64,000 nucleotides of DNA from an uncultured Gemmatimonadales bacterium (GTDB lineage: Bacteria > Gemmatimonadota > Gemmatimonadetes > Gemmatimonadales > GWC2-71-9). Positions 9,376 to 19,480 of the stretch are shown one piece after another. The notes beneath the pieces were generated by a model, which was given only the letters and a program-made list of their open reading frames with translations, searched no databases and had not been told where the DNA came from. Both the position numbers and the translations under genes were made by a program. Where the stretch lies: NCBI GenBank assembly GCA_963695555.1, contig CAVOGR010000001.1, positions 768,001 to 832,000 of the forward strand, given 5' to 3'. Position 1 is the first letter of the stretch, and every line of letters starts with the position of its first letter.

Positions 9376-11662
9376 ATGATTCATTCGAACCATCATCACA
9401 GAATTGGCCAAGGCCTGCGTCGGGCTATCCTGCCGGGCTTCGCTGCGTGTGTATTCGTGCTCTCCCCCGTCACGGCGCGGCCATGCGCCGCCCAGCTCCT
9501 CGACCAACGCGAAGCACTCGAGCAGTTCCGTGATTCGCTTGCCGCCGTGCGCGACACGACCCAGCTCCTCGCGCTGAAGCAGGCGATGGTCCGGGTGGCT
9601 ACTGACGACCGTAACAACACGCTGCTTCACCTGAAGCTCGGGTTTCTGAACCTTCGACTGGCCAATCTCGGGGTCGCCCTGCAATACGACGATGCCGCCG
9701 CCGAGTTCGAATGGGCCACGGAGCTCGAGCCCACGTGGCCCTACGGGTGGTATGGGCTGGGCCTGGCCGAGTACGGCGTTGGCGATTCCCAGATTTCGTT
9801 CGTGACCGGCATCAAGACGATGTTCGGCAAGGACGCACTGTCGCGGTCCGCCGACGCCTTTGCGAAGTCGGCCGAAGTCGATCCCGCGTTCTCACTTGGC
9901 CTGGTCGAGCTGGCCCGGACCGCGCTCAAGCAGCGGGTCAATATCAAGTTGGACGTCGCCCTCGCGGCACTCAGGCATTCGGCGGCGACATCCGCGGGGG
10001 CCGTGCCCCAGGTCTTGCTGGAGCGTGGCCGAGTGGAGCGGGAGGCCGGCAGTCTCGACTCTGCACTCGCCGCCTTCAATGCCTATCTCCGTGTCGGCGG
10101 CAAGCCCGGGCTCGGGCTGCTCGAAGGGTCCCGGACCAAGTGTCTGCTCGGCGCGACGGACTGTTTCCGCGACTACCTGCATGGCGCAGCCTATGATGAT
10201 CCGCCATCGGTGAGCGAGTATCGCAAAGACCTGGCCTTCATCGCGACGGACGAGGACCTCAATCGGTTCGATCGGACCTGGGGCAACCAGCGTGCCGAGT
10301 TTCTCAAGGAATTCTGGACGACCCGGGACCGGCACGATCTGCGGCGCGACGGCGAGCGGTTGCGGGAGCATTACCGCCGCTACTTCTACGCCAGGCAGAA
10401 CTTCGCGCTCGCGAGTACCAACCGGCATTACGACATCGTCGAACGCTATCGGTCCGAAAGCGTAGACTTCGACGACCGCGGCATCATCTATATCCGCCAC
10501 GGCGAGCCCACGGATCGCGCATCGTATCGGGGCCGTGACGTCGAGCCGAACGAATCGTGGCGGTACGAGCGGGCCGATGGCGACCTCATTTTCCACTTCA
10601 TCGCACGTGAAGACGTTCAAGACTACAAGTTGGTCGAGAGCCTGTTCGATGTGTTGGGCAATGCGGCAACGGTGACGCTGCGGGGTACCGGTGTTTCCGG
10701 CGACCCGGTGGCGACCGAACTCCTGCTGTCGCGCGAGCGACTCTCGCCGATCTATGGCCGGATTCAGTCGTCGGGATTTGCCGGGACCAACCGGTACCAG
10801 GCCGAAGAGCGGTCACTGGGGCGGACCAGTATCGAGGTCGGGACCTCGACCGATAGCTACGAGCTCACGTTCGCCCGGCCGCTTCGGGGCGAGACCCAGG
10901 TGCTCGCCGTCGGCCACGACGAGAACGGGCCCCAGCTGCAGCTCACGTTTGCCATTCCGGGATCGGCACTCGAGGGAACGAAGGTCCAGCGCGGGCACTC
11001 TCTATCCGGTGCGGGTGCTCTTCGTTGCGCAGGACTCGGCGGGGAACGTCGTCAGCGCATGCGACACGACGCGCTTCTTCCTGGCCGGCAATCCCGTGCC
11101 CCAGCACGAGTACCTGGTCGGACGGGTGGCGGTCGATGCCCCGGCCGGCAAGCTCCGCTATCGGCTCGCAGTCCAGCACGGAGAGCATGCGGGCCTCGTG
11201 ACCCCGACCGATACGATCGAAGTAGTGCGGGCGGACGGGACCACCTTTGCATTGAGCGACCCCGTGCTCGGTGCCAAATGGAGCACCCTCCTCTGGCTCC
11301 CGACGCCCGTCGACTCGGTGTACTTCAACCCGCAGGCCGTGTTCGGCTCCAACGATTTACTCGAACTCTACTATGAGGTGTACGGGCTCGAGTCGATGGC
11401 GACGTACAAGACCCAGTTGGCCGTCAAGAAGGGAAGCGGAGGAGGTGGCTTTCTGGGTATAGGCAAGCTGTTCGGCGGCGGCGGCGCGGAGATCAGCATC
11501 AAGTTCGAGGAGCAGGCGCCCGGGCCGATCGTGCGGAGCCGCCGCACGATCGAACTCGGTAAGCTCAAAGCAGGGCAGTATACCCTCGAAGTCACGGTCA
11601 CCGATGCCCAGGGCCGCACCGAACGCCGACAACAGGCGTTCCGGGTTGTCGCCGCGCCCTAG
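9376..11662 (+). CDS. secreted TPR + GWxTD-like domain protein, paralogue 2; one frameshift near 10993
   Basis: ORFs 9325-11376 and 10691-11662 join at KVQRG|TLYPVRV (extra G in a GGG run); FWTTRD and DDRGIIYIRHGEP; colinear with paralogues 1 and 3. Confidence 0.75.
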
Positions 11663-13821
11663 GCGGGCTCGCCGTTCTCGCGTTCGCGCTCGCCGTAGGC
11701 GCGCTCTGGTGGCCAAACGGGACCGCAGCCGCACAAGCTCCCGAAGATCGCCAAGCTCTCGAGCTGTTCCGTGACTCGCTCGCCACTGCCTCCGACACCG
11801 CCTCCCTGCTTCGGTTCGAAGCGAGCCTGATCGAACAAACCAAGCTCGATCGTCACAACCCCATCCTCCACCTTCGGCTCGGCTTCCTGGCGCTCAGGCT
11901 CGGGATGCTCGGCGACAAGTCCCACTTCGATGATGCGGCCTCCGAGTTCGAATGGGCCGCCGAGCTCGAGCCCGATTGGCCGTACCCACTACTTGGTCTC
12001 GGCGTCGCGGAGCGCGAGCTGGGCCGTGGCGTCGGCTCGCTCCTGTTCGGTGTGAAGGCAATGCTCGGCAAGGATCAAGACACCAAGGCCGTGACGGCCT
12101 TTGCAGGCGCCGCCCAGGTCGACCCGGGGTTCGTGCCCGCGCTTACCGAACTGGCGCAGACGACCGACAGCATGCGGTTGAACCGCCGGCCCGATCTCAC
12201 CCTCGCCGCCTTCCGCCGCGCCGCGAGCACCGGTGAGATCGCCGATCCGGACTATCATCTCTATCGCGGCCGAGTCGAACGCGCCTTCGGCGATCTCGAT
12301 TCGGCGCTGGCGGCGTTCCAGCAGTATCTGTCGCTCGGGGGTACCCGAGGGCTCGCGTTGCTCGAGATCGCCCGGTCCAGGCTGGCGCTGGGTCAGACCG
12401 AGGCGCTGGAGCAGTACCTCGAGGGGGCGGCCTGGGAGGACCCCGAACTGGCCGCGCTCTACCGAAGCGATATCGCGCCCGTCGCGACCGACGGTGAGCT
12501 GGCTGAGTTCGATTCCCTCGATGGGGCGGGGCGCGCCCGCTTGCTCCGAGAGTTTTGGGGCAATCGCGACGCGGCCGACCTTCGGTCCGACGGCGAGCGG
12601 GTGACGGAGCACTACCGGCGGCTGGTATACGCCAGGCGTTATTTTCGTCTCGGGCCGTTCAGGCGGGTCTATGACTACGGAGAACGATATCGCAGTGGAA
12701 GCAGGGAGTTTGACGACCGTGGCGTCATCTACATTCGACACGGGCCGCCGCTGACTCGGCAGATTCACGTCACGCCGGCCGCGGCAACGTACGGTGCGGA
12801 GTCGTGGACCTACGTGATCGCAGAGCACATGCGAGCGTTCCATTTCGTGGGGCGCGAGGATCCCGACGACTATCGGCTGGTCGACAGCCCGCTCCGCATG
12901 CCTGTCGCAGCCCGCGAAGAGTTCCTGCTCACGTGGGCTCCGAGGGCCGTCTCGGCAGGCGTGAGCGCACCGATGTACGCTACCAATCTGCGCGTGCAGA
13001 CTCTGAAAGACATCGACGTCGCAACCACGACGGATTCCTACGAGCTCCAATTCGCGAAGCCGATCAGCGCGTTCGCACAGGTTCTGGTCGCCGGCGCCCA
13101 GATGGGACGCAACAATCTTCATGTCGCCTATGCGATCGCGGCGGGGGATCTCGTCCCCACCCAATTGGTGAGCGGGTGGCTCTATCCCGTTCATCTCAGG
13201 CTCGCGGTCCTCGATAGCGCCGGTGCTCCAGTTGCGCGCGTGGACACGACCTCACTCATGGTGGCATCGCGTGCCCTGGGTCCGGACGACAACTTGCTTG
13301 GACACGTGGCTATCCCACTGCCGGCTGGGTCGTACACCCTTCGGTTCGCACTGAGCCAAGGAGATGTTGGCGGCGTTTTTCCACGTGAAGCGATCGATGT
13401 CCGCATCCCTGGCGAGGCGCTCGACCTGAGCGACCTGGTGGTGGGCACTCGCAAGATGGGTCTCTCCTGGGTGAGCCCTGCTCGCGACACCCTCTTCTTC
13501 GATCCGTTTCGTGTTGTGAGTGAAGGCGCTGTGATCGAGCTCTACTATGAGGTGTACGGTCTCACGCCTGAGGAGCCCTACGAGACCGAGATCAAGGTCG
13601 AAAAGGAGGGCGGAGGGCTCTTCCGTAAGATATTCGGCGGGGGCGGCAAGAAGATCCGCCTGGGGTTCTCCGAGACGGCAATGGGTCGGCTCGTCCGCGC
13701 GCGCCGCACGATCGATGTGGAAGGTCTGAAGCCCGGCGAATACGTTCTCACCATTACTGCGAAAAGGCCCGGCGGCGCCACGGCCGAACGGCGATATTTT
13801 TTCGTCATCGACGAGCGCTAA
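11659..13821 (+). CDS. secreted TPR + GWxTD-like domain protein, paralogue 3 (true start not resolved)
   Basis: The frame upstream of ATG 11905 encodes a signal-like LGGLAVLAFALAVGALWW..AAAQ and the conserved ALELFRDSLA..HLRLGFL; DDRGVIYIRHGPP. Confidence 0.75.
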   Translation, partial: LGGLAVLAFALAVGALWWPNGTAAAQAPEDRQALELFRDSLATASDTASLLRFEASLIEQTKLDRHNPILHLRLGFLALRLGMLGDKSHFDDAASEFEWAAELEPDWPYPLLGLGVAERELGRGVGSLLFGVKAMLGKDQDTKAVTAFAGAAQVDPGFVPALTELAQTTDSMRLNRRPDLTLAAFRRAASTGEIADPDYHLYRGRVERAFGDLDSALAAFQQYLSLGGTRGLALLEIARSRLALGQTEALEQYLEGAAWEDPELAALYRSDIAPVATDGELAEFDSLDGAGRARLLREFWGNRDAADLRSDGERVTEHYRRLVYARRYFRLGPFRRVYDYGERYRSGSREFDDRGVIYIRHGPPLTRQIHVTPAAATYGAESWTYVIAEHMRAFHFVGREDPDDYRLVDSPLRMPVAAREEFLLTWAPRAVSAGVSAPMYATNLRVQTLKDIDVATTTDSYELQFAKPISAFAQVLVAGAQMGRNNLHVAYAIAAGDLVPTQLVSGWLYPVHLRLAVLDSAGAPVARVDTTSLMVASRALGPDDNLLGHVAIPLPAGSYTLRFALSQGDVGGVFPREAIDVRIPGEALDLSDLVVGTRKMGLSWVSPARDTLFFDPFRVVSEGAVIELYYEVYGLTPEEPYETEIKVEKEGGGLFRKIFGGGGKKIRLGFSETAMGRLVRARRTIDVEGLKPGEYVLTITAKRPGGATAERRYFFVIDER

Positions 13822-13834
13822 GTCCGCGCCTGTC

Positions 13835-13864
13835 TTGACTCTGGCACGCGCTTTGCCCTAGGTT
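13835..13864 (+). promoter_or_regulatory. putative promoter of the kinase gene: overlapping sigma70-like (TTGACT-N18-TAGGTT) and sigma54-like (TGGCACG-N4-TTGC) matches
   Basis: TTGACT 13835-40, TAGGTT 13859-64, TGGCACG 13842-48, TTGC 13853-56; no Shine-Dalgarno before ATG 13871. Confidence 0.45.
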
Positions 13865-13870
13865 CGCCTC

Positions 13871-15886
13871 ATGAACTGTTCTCGCTGCGGCGCCGAGGTC
13901 CAGCGCGAATGGAAGGCCTGTCCCGAGTGCGGACTCTCGCTTGCTGCAACGACCCCGATCCAGGCCATCCTCCAATACGACGTCGCGGAAATCGACCTGG
14001 TCCGCGAGGCCCTGGCTGAAGAATACGAGCTGATCTCGGAGTTGGGCCGCGGCGGAATGGCCGTCGTGTATCGCGCCAAGGAGAAGCGTCTGGAGCGCGA
14101 GGTCGCGATCAAGGTGCTGCCCTTCTCGCTCTCGTTCGATCCGGAATTCGTTGAGCGGTTCGAACGCGAGGCGCGCACATCCGCCGGGCTCGAGCACCCC
14201 AACATCATCCCGATCTACCGCGTCGGCCACTCCGGGAAGGTGGCCTACTTCGTCATGAAGCTGCTGCGCGGCCAATCGCTCTCGGGACTCCTGGCCGAGC
14301 GCGGTCGGCTCGAACCCGATGAGATCCGCCACTTGCTGATCCAGACGGCCGGCGCGCTCGGCTATGCCCACATGCGCGGCATCGTCCATCGCGACGTCAA
14401 ACCCGACAACGTCATGTTCGACGATTTCGGCGCCGCGATCATGACGGACTTCGGGATAGCCAAAGCCGTGAGCGGACAGCGGCTGACCGGCACCGGGATG
14501 TCGATCGGCACGCCGCATTACATGAGTCCGGAGCAAGCGCGGGCCCAGGACCTCGACGGTCGGTCCGACATCTACAGTCTGGGAGTGGTGGCCTATCAAT
14601 GTCTGGCCGGCCGGGTGCCGTTCGATGGGGAAGATGCCTTTGCCATCGGGTACCGTCACATCATGGATCCGGTCCCGAAGCCCACCTTGTCCTCTCCGGA
14701 CGAGCGGCGGCTCTACGAGATCATCTGGCGCATGCTCCAAAAAGAGCCGGGCGAGCGTTACCAGAGCTGCGAAAAGCTGATCGCCGAGCTGGGGGGAACG
14801 GTCGCGGCGGGCACCGGTGGGATGGCGGGGGTGGGGGCCGGGACCAGTGCCTCCGGGGCTCACTCCAGCGGCCCGCTTGCGGCCCGTTCGGGGCCATCGG
14901 CCACTATCCGGTCTGCCCCCACCACGCCATTACCGAACGTGGCAGCACTCGGCGGGCTGTCCCCGGCGCGGCCCTCGGGCCCGGTGGCGCGACCGGTGGC
15001 GTCGCGCTCGCCGGTCGCGATGGCCGAGCACCGCTCGTCTGGTCTGGGCTGGGTGTGGCTCGCGATCGTTGCACTCCTCGGCGGGAGCGGTGCCGCGGCC
15101 TATCATTTCAAGGTGGGTCCGTTCGCCGAGCCGGCCTCCGGGGCCTCGCTCGCTGAGCCGGTGGCAGCGGATTCTTCCCAGTTTGCGGGTGGGCCGATCG
15201 TGGATTCCGCCGCTGCCAAGGTGGACAGCACCCTGGCCCAGGTTTCGGCTCCCACGGCCCAGCCCGTGGCTCGTCGGCCATCTCCTCCGCCCGCCCAACG
15301 TTCGGCGCCTGCGCCACGCGACAGCGGTGCGATACGAATCCGGAATCTCCCGGCCGGGAGCCAGGTCCACATCGATGAGCGCGAGGCGATGACGGCGACG
15401 ACCAAGTTACCGGTCGGCGCCCACGTGATCGCCGTGATCGCACCACGGCACAATTTCTACACCGACACGGTGACCATCCGGCCCAACGAGCTGGTGCTCT
15501 ACGAGCCTCAGCTCTCAGCCTTCGGCGAGCCGGTGCGTGACAAATCCAAGGCGATCTCGACCCGGGCCGCGCCGCACTGCACCGGCCCCACCCTCGGGTA
15601 CAATGTCGACAAGGTCTGCTTCGATGTAGGCCCCCGTCCTCTGTCCGCCACCGAGATCCCCATTCCCGTCTCCGCGGCGAGGACCCCCCGGGCGACGCGG
15701 CTCCTGGTTCATGTGAAGAAGGACGGCAGCGTCGCCGAAGTGCGAGGCCTGCGGCCATCAGACGTGCGGGTGTTCGAGGCCGCAGCCCGTGGGTTTGCCC
15801 AAAGCCTCTCCTGGCAGCCGGCGACCAAGGGTGGCGTGCCGGTCGATGCCTGGACGCCGTGGGAGTTTTCTCCTGTCCGCCGGTAG
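13871..15886 (+). CDS. Ser/Thr protein kinase with N-terminal zinc ribbon, TM helix, PEGA-like domain and C-terminal TonB-like domain
   Basis: CSRC..CPEC; GRGGMA, VAIK, HRDVKPDN, DFG, GTPHYMSPE; C-terminal VHVKKDGSV..AAARGFAQSLSWQPATKGGVPV resembles TonB_C. Confidence 0.85.
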   Translation: MNCSRCGAEVQREWKACPECGLSLAATTPIQAILQYDVAEIDLVREALAEEYELISELGRGGMAVVYRAKEKRLEREVAIKVLPFSLSFDPEFVERFEREARTSAGLEHPNIIPIYRVGHSGKVAYFVMKLLRGQSLSGLLAERGRLEPDEIRHLLIQTAGALGYAHMRGIVHRDVKPDNVMFDDFGAAIMTDFGIAKAVSGQRLTGTGMSIGTPHYMSPEQARAQDLDGRSDIYSLGVVAYQCLAGRVPFDGEDAFAIGYRHIMDPVPKPTLSSPDERRLYEIIWRMLQKEPGERYQSCEKLIAELGGTVAAGTGGMAGVGAGTSASGAHSSGPLAARSGPSATIRSAPTTPLPNVAALGGLSPARPSGPVARPVASRSPVAMAEHRSSGLGWVWLAIVALLGGSGAAAYHFKVGPFAEPASGASLAEPVAADSSQFAGGPIVDSAAAKVDSTLAQVSAPTAQPVARRPSPPPAQRSAPAPRDSGAIRIRNLPAGSQVHIDEREAMTATTKLPVGAHVIAVIAPRHNFYTDTVTIRPNELVLYEPQLSAFGEPVRDKSKAISTRAAPHCTGPTLGYNVDKVCFDVGPRPLSATEIPIPVSAARTPRATRLLVHVKKDGSVAEVRGLRPSDVRVFEAAARGFAQSLSWQPATKGGVPVDAWTPWEFSPVRR

Positions 15887-16026
15887 GCGGACAGGAGAAA
15901 AGGCGGAAAGATGAAAGCGGGAAAGGCGGGATGTGTTTCGTAACGAGGGTCTAGCTCCTGCCGCTTGAACCTGCTAGAGTCAGTCTTCCCGACCTTCCGA
16001 CTTCCCGACTTTCCGTCTGACCGCCC

Positions 16027-16548
16027 ATGCCAGCCAGCCATCCCTCAGTCCATCCCACCGCCTTCATCGCACCCGGCGCAGTCGTCGTCGGTGACGTCTC
16101 CCTGGGTGAGGAGGCGTCCGTCTGGTACAACGCCGTGGTCCGGGGCGACATGGAGCCCATCGTGATTGGCGAGCGGAGCAATATCCAGGACGGCGCTGTC
16201 ATCCACGTGGACGAGGACATCCCGTGCACGGTGGGCCGGCGGGTGGTGGTGGGGCACCGGGTGATCCTGCATGGCTGCAGCGTCGAGGACGACTGCCTGA
16301 TCGGCATGGGTAGTGTGGTCCTCAATCGGGCCACGATCGGGGCTGGAAGCCTGGTGGCCGCAGGCGCGGTGGTGCCCGAAGGGATGGTGGTGCCGCCGCG
16401 CTCCGTGGTGATGGGTGTCCCCGGCCGGATCGTCCGTCAGGTGGACGATCAGATGGCCCAGCGCATGGCCGAAGGGTGGCAGCACTATGTGAGGCTGGCG
16501 CGTGGCCATGCGAGGGGGGAGTACCCGGGAGTAGGGAGTAGGGAGTAG
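16027..16548 (+). CDS. gamma-carbonic anhydrase / hexapeptide-repeat protein (YrdA/CaiE-like)
   Basis: Hexapeptide repeats; VRGD, SNIQDGAVIH, VGHRVILHGC metal-ligand motifs. Confidence 0.92.
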   Translation: MPASHPSVHPTAFIAPGAVVVGDVSLGEEASVWYNAVVRGDMEPIVIGERSNIQDGAVIHVDEDIPCTVGRRVVVGHRVILHGCSVEDDCLIGMGSVVLNRATIGAGSLVAAGAVVPEGMVVPPRSVVMGVPGRIVRQVDDQMAQRMAEGWQHYVRLARGHARGEYPGVGSRE

Positions 16549-16641
16549 GGAGTAGGGAGTAGGGAGTGGGGCGCGCGAAAGTGAGAGCCGGCAGATGAGT
16601 TTGAGTGACCCTACTCCCTACTATCCCACTCCCTACTCCCC
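16527..16641. repeat. (GGGAGTA)x5-6 heptamer tract plus an inverted TACTCCC-type tract
   Basis: Direct reading: 16527-16568 and 16609-16641. Confidence 0.9.
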
Positions 16642-16854
16642 TTCCGACATTTTTGTGATGTGGACACTGTTGCGTCCTGTCTGGTCGGACCATTCGCACG
16701 CTATTGTATTGTTGAGATTCTTGCCCTAGCTTGCCAATCCGTCTTTCTGGTTACAGTTACGTATATTTCTCCAACAATTGAAGTTGGCGGGGTTCAAGAA
16801 ACACCGTCTGTTCAGGCGGGAACCCCCTTCTTCGCCGCACTCTGAGGCTCTTCC

Positions 16855-19380
16855 ATGGACCACGGTAGCTCTTCCGCCCCGGCTCAGCTCTCCGACAACG
16901 CGATCACCGTGCTGGAGAAGCGGTATCTCATCAAGGACGAGCAGGGGCAGCCTACCGAGCATCCGGAAGACCTCTTCAGTCGGGTGGCCAAGACCATCGC
17001 CGCCCCGGACCGGCTGTACGGGGCCAGTGCCGGTGCCGTGGAGGAGTTGGGCCACGCCTTCTATCGGCTCATGGCCGAACGGCTGTTCATGCCCAACTCG
17101 CCCACCCTGATGAACGCCGGACGGCCGCTGGGGCAGCTCTCGGCCTGTTTCGTCCTTCCGGTCGAGGACACCCTGGCGAATGGCAAGAACGGCATCTACG
17201 ACACCCTGAAGGCCATGGCCCTGGTCCACCAGTCGGGCGGCGGGACCGGATTCAGCTTCTCCCGGCTTCGGCCCAAGAACGACATCGTGCGCTCCACTAT
17301 GGGCGTCGCCTCCGGCCCGGTCTCGTTCATGACGTTGTACGACTCCTCCACCGATGTCGTGAAGCAGGGCGGAACCCGTCGTGGTGCCAACATGGGCATT
17401 CTCCGGGTCGATCATCCCGACATCCTCGACTTCATCACCTGTAAGTCCGATACCACCAAGATCACCAACTTCAACATCTCGGTCGGCGTCACCGATGCCT
17501 TCATGGATGCTGTGGAGAACGACCTGGAGTACGACCTCCTCCACCCGAAGACCAAGGCGGTGGTGGGCCAGCTAAAGGCTCGTGAGGTGTGGCGTCAGAT
17601 CGTGCACGGGGCGTGGAAGACGGGTGAACCCGGAGTCTTCTTCATCGACCGGGCCAATTACTACAACCCCGTGCCGCATCTCGGGGAATACGAAGCCACC
17701 AACCCTTGTGGCGAGCAGCCGCTCTTGCCCTACGATGTCTGTAACCTCGGGTCGATCAACCTCGGATTGTTCGTTGCCGACGGGAAGATCGACTGGGACC
17801 GCCTGGCCCGGACGGTGCACCTCTCGACTCATTTTCTCGAGAACGTGATCGACGCCAACAGCTATCCGCTGCCCGAAATCACCGACTTGGCCAAGCGGAT
17901 TCGGCGCATTGGGCTCGGGATCATGGGCTGGGCCGACGTGCTGGTCCGCCTCGCCATTCCGTATGACTCGGAAGAGGCCGTCGATCTGGCGCGCCAGGTG
18001 CAGAAGTTCGTGGACGACGAGGCCAAGAAGGAGTCGGAGCGGCTGGCCTCGATTCGCGGCGTCTTCCCCGAGTGGGAGAACTCGATTTGGGGCCCGGACG
18101 CCACAAGCCCCCGCGGGCCGGCCGGCGAGCGGATCCGCCCGATGCGGCGGCTCAGGAACTGCAACGTGACCACCGTGGCGCCCACCGGGACCATTTCGAT
18201 CATCGCCGGGTGCAGCTCGGGCATCGAGCCGCTGTTTGCCGTGGCATTCATGCGGAACCAAGCCGGCGTCTTGATGCCGGACGTGAATCAGGACTTCGTG
18301 CGGATCGCTCAGGACGAGGGCTGGTACTCGGACGAGTTGATGCGGAAGATCGCCGAGAGCGGCCACATCGACTACGACGAGGTGCCGGGCAAGTGGAAGC
18401 GGGTGTTCGTGACCGCCAACCACATCGCACCCGAGTGGCACATTCGGATGCAGGCCGCGTTCCAGGAGTACAACGACTCCGCCATCAGCAAGACCTGCAA
18501 CTTCGCCCGCGACGCCAGCGAGGATTACGTCGAGGAAATCTACCGGCTGGCCTTTCGGCTCAACTGCAAGGGTGTGACGGTCTATCGTGACGGGAGCCGC
18601 GACCTGCAGGTCCTCTCGACCGGCGCCACGGCCCAGCAGGTGAAGGCCAAGGCGCGGGAGACCGGCCATGCCGAGGCGCGGCACGACCTCGAGACGGTGG
18701 TGAAGGGCGGGGAGGAGGCGCAGCACGTGGTGGCCGACCTCTTGGGCGAATTGGCCGAGGTCCGCACCGAGAACGAGCGGCTCCGCAAGCTGGTGCACGA
18801 TCTCGAGGCCGAGAACCTGCAGCGCCGGCAGAAGCGGTCCCGGCCTGATCTGCTGCGCGGCACCACGCGCCGGGTCGAGAGCCCGCTCGGCACCCTATAC
18901 GTCACCATCACCGAAGACGACAAGGGGCAGCCGTTCGAGGTCTTCATGTCGCTCGGCAAGGCCGGCGGGGCCTTGATGGCCGATGTCGAGGCGATTGGCC
19001 GGCTCCTGAGCCTGGCACTCCGTTCCGGTATCCCGATGGCCGAGCTCCACCGCCAGCTCCGCGGCATCAGCTCTGACCGCGCCATCGGACTCGGGCCGGC
19101 CAAGGTGCTCTCGGTGCCCGACGCGGTGGGCATCGCCATCGAGAAGTGGATGCAGGAGAAGCATGAGGGCATTCAGCAGGAGCTGCTGGCCGACGAAGAC
19201 CCTGCGGTGACGGCCGAGACGCCGATCGTGGAGAAAGTGGTCTCGGAAGGCTTCGAGCAGATGGCCTTGAGCCGGATGCAGGAGTTCCTGCCCGGCGCTT
19301 GCCCCGACTGCGGCAGCCAGCTGGAGTTTGCCGAGGGCTGCGTCAAATGCATCGTGTGCGGCTACTCGGAGTGCGGCTAA
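16855..19380 (+). CDS. nrdJ: vitamin B12-dependent (class II) ribonucleotide reductase with C-terminal TSCPD-like domain and zinc ribbon
   Basis: PNSPTLMNAG, LSACFV, ATNPCGEQPL, CNLGSINL, TVAPTGTISIIAG, YRDGSR; C-terminal CPDC..CVKCIVCGYSECG. Confidence 0.95.
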   Translation: MDHGSSSAPAQLSDNAITVLEKRYLIKDEQGQPTEHPEDLFSRVAKTIAAPDRLYGASAGAVEELGHAFYRLMAERLFMPNSPTLMNAGRPLGQLSACFVLPVEDTLANGKNGIYDTLKAMALVHQSGGGTGFSFSRLRPKNDIVRSTMGVASGPVSFMTLYDSSTDVVKQGGTRRGANMGILRVDHPDILDFITCKSDTTKITNFNISVGVTDAFMDAVENDLEYDLLHPKTKAVVGQLKAREVWRQIVHGAWKTGEPGVFFIDRANYYNPVPHLGEYEATNPCGEQPLLPYDVCNLGSINLGLFVADGKIDWDRLARTVHLSTHFLENVIDANSYPLPEITDLAKRIRRIGLGIMGWADVLVRLAIPYDSEEAVDLARQVQKFVDDEAKKESERLASIRGVFPEWENSIWGPDATSPRGPAGERIRPMRRLRNCNVTTVAPTGTISIIAGCSSGIEPLFAVAFMRNQAGVLMPDVNQDFVRIAQDEGWYSDELMRKIAESGHIDYDEVPGKWKRVFVTANHIAPEWHIRMQAAFQEYNDSAISKTCNFARDASEDYVEEIYRLAFRLNCKGVTVYRDGSRDLQVLSTGATAQQVKAKARETGHAEARHDLETVVKGGEEAQHVVADLLGELAEVRTENERLRKLVHDLEAENLQRRQKRSRPDLLRGTTRRVESPLGTLYVTITEDDKGQPFEVFMSLGKAGGALMADVEAIGRLLSLALRSGIPMAELHRQLRGISSDRAIGLGPAKVLSVPDAVGIAIEKWMQEKHEGIQQELLADEDPAVTAETPIVEKVVSEGFEQMALSRMQEFLPGACPDCGSQLEFAEGCVKCIVCGYSECG

Positions 19381-19452
19381 CGATCGACCGGGACTGAGTT
19401 CCGGGGGCGGGTCAGGGACCGTCCCCCAACCCTGTGACCGGATCGGTCGGGA

Positions 19453-19480
19453 GGGGGCGCCTCGGGAGGCGTCCCCTTTT
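19453..19480 (+). terminator. Rho-independent terminator after nrdJ
   Basis: GGGGGCGCCTC-GG-GAGGCGTCCCC followed by TTTT. Confidence 0.8.

Noticed and set aside
16527..16641. Short repeats as a CRISPR array
   Set aside because: Units are 7 nt and contiguous with no unique spacers, and there are no cas genes in the window.
16643..16790. NrdR boxes upstream of nrdJ
   Set aside because: The region is AT-rich and CGACATTTTTGTG is box-like, but it needs a 1-nt deletion to fit and no second box at the usual spacing is seen.
19385..19450. GC-rich hairpins after nrdJ as SRP RNA or a cobalamin riboswitch
   Set aside because: The conserved SRP helix-8 motif and the B12-box are absent.
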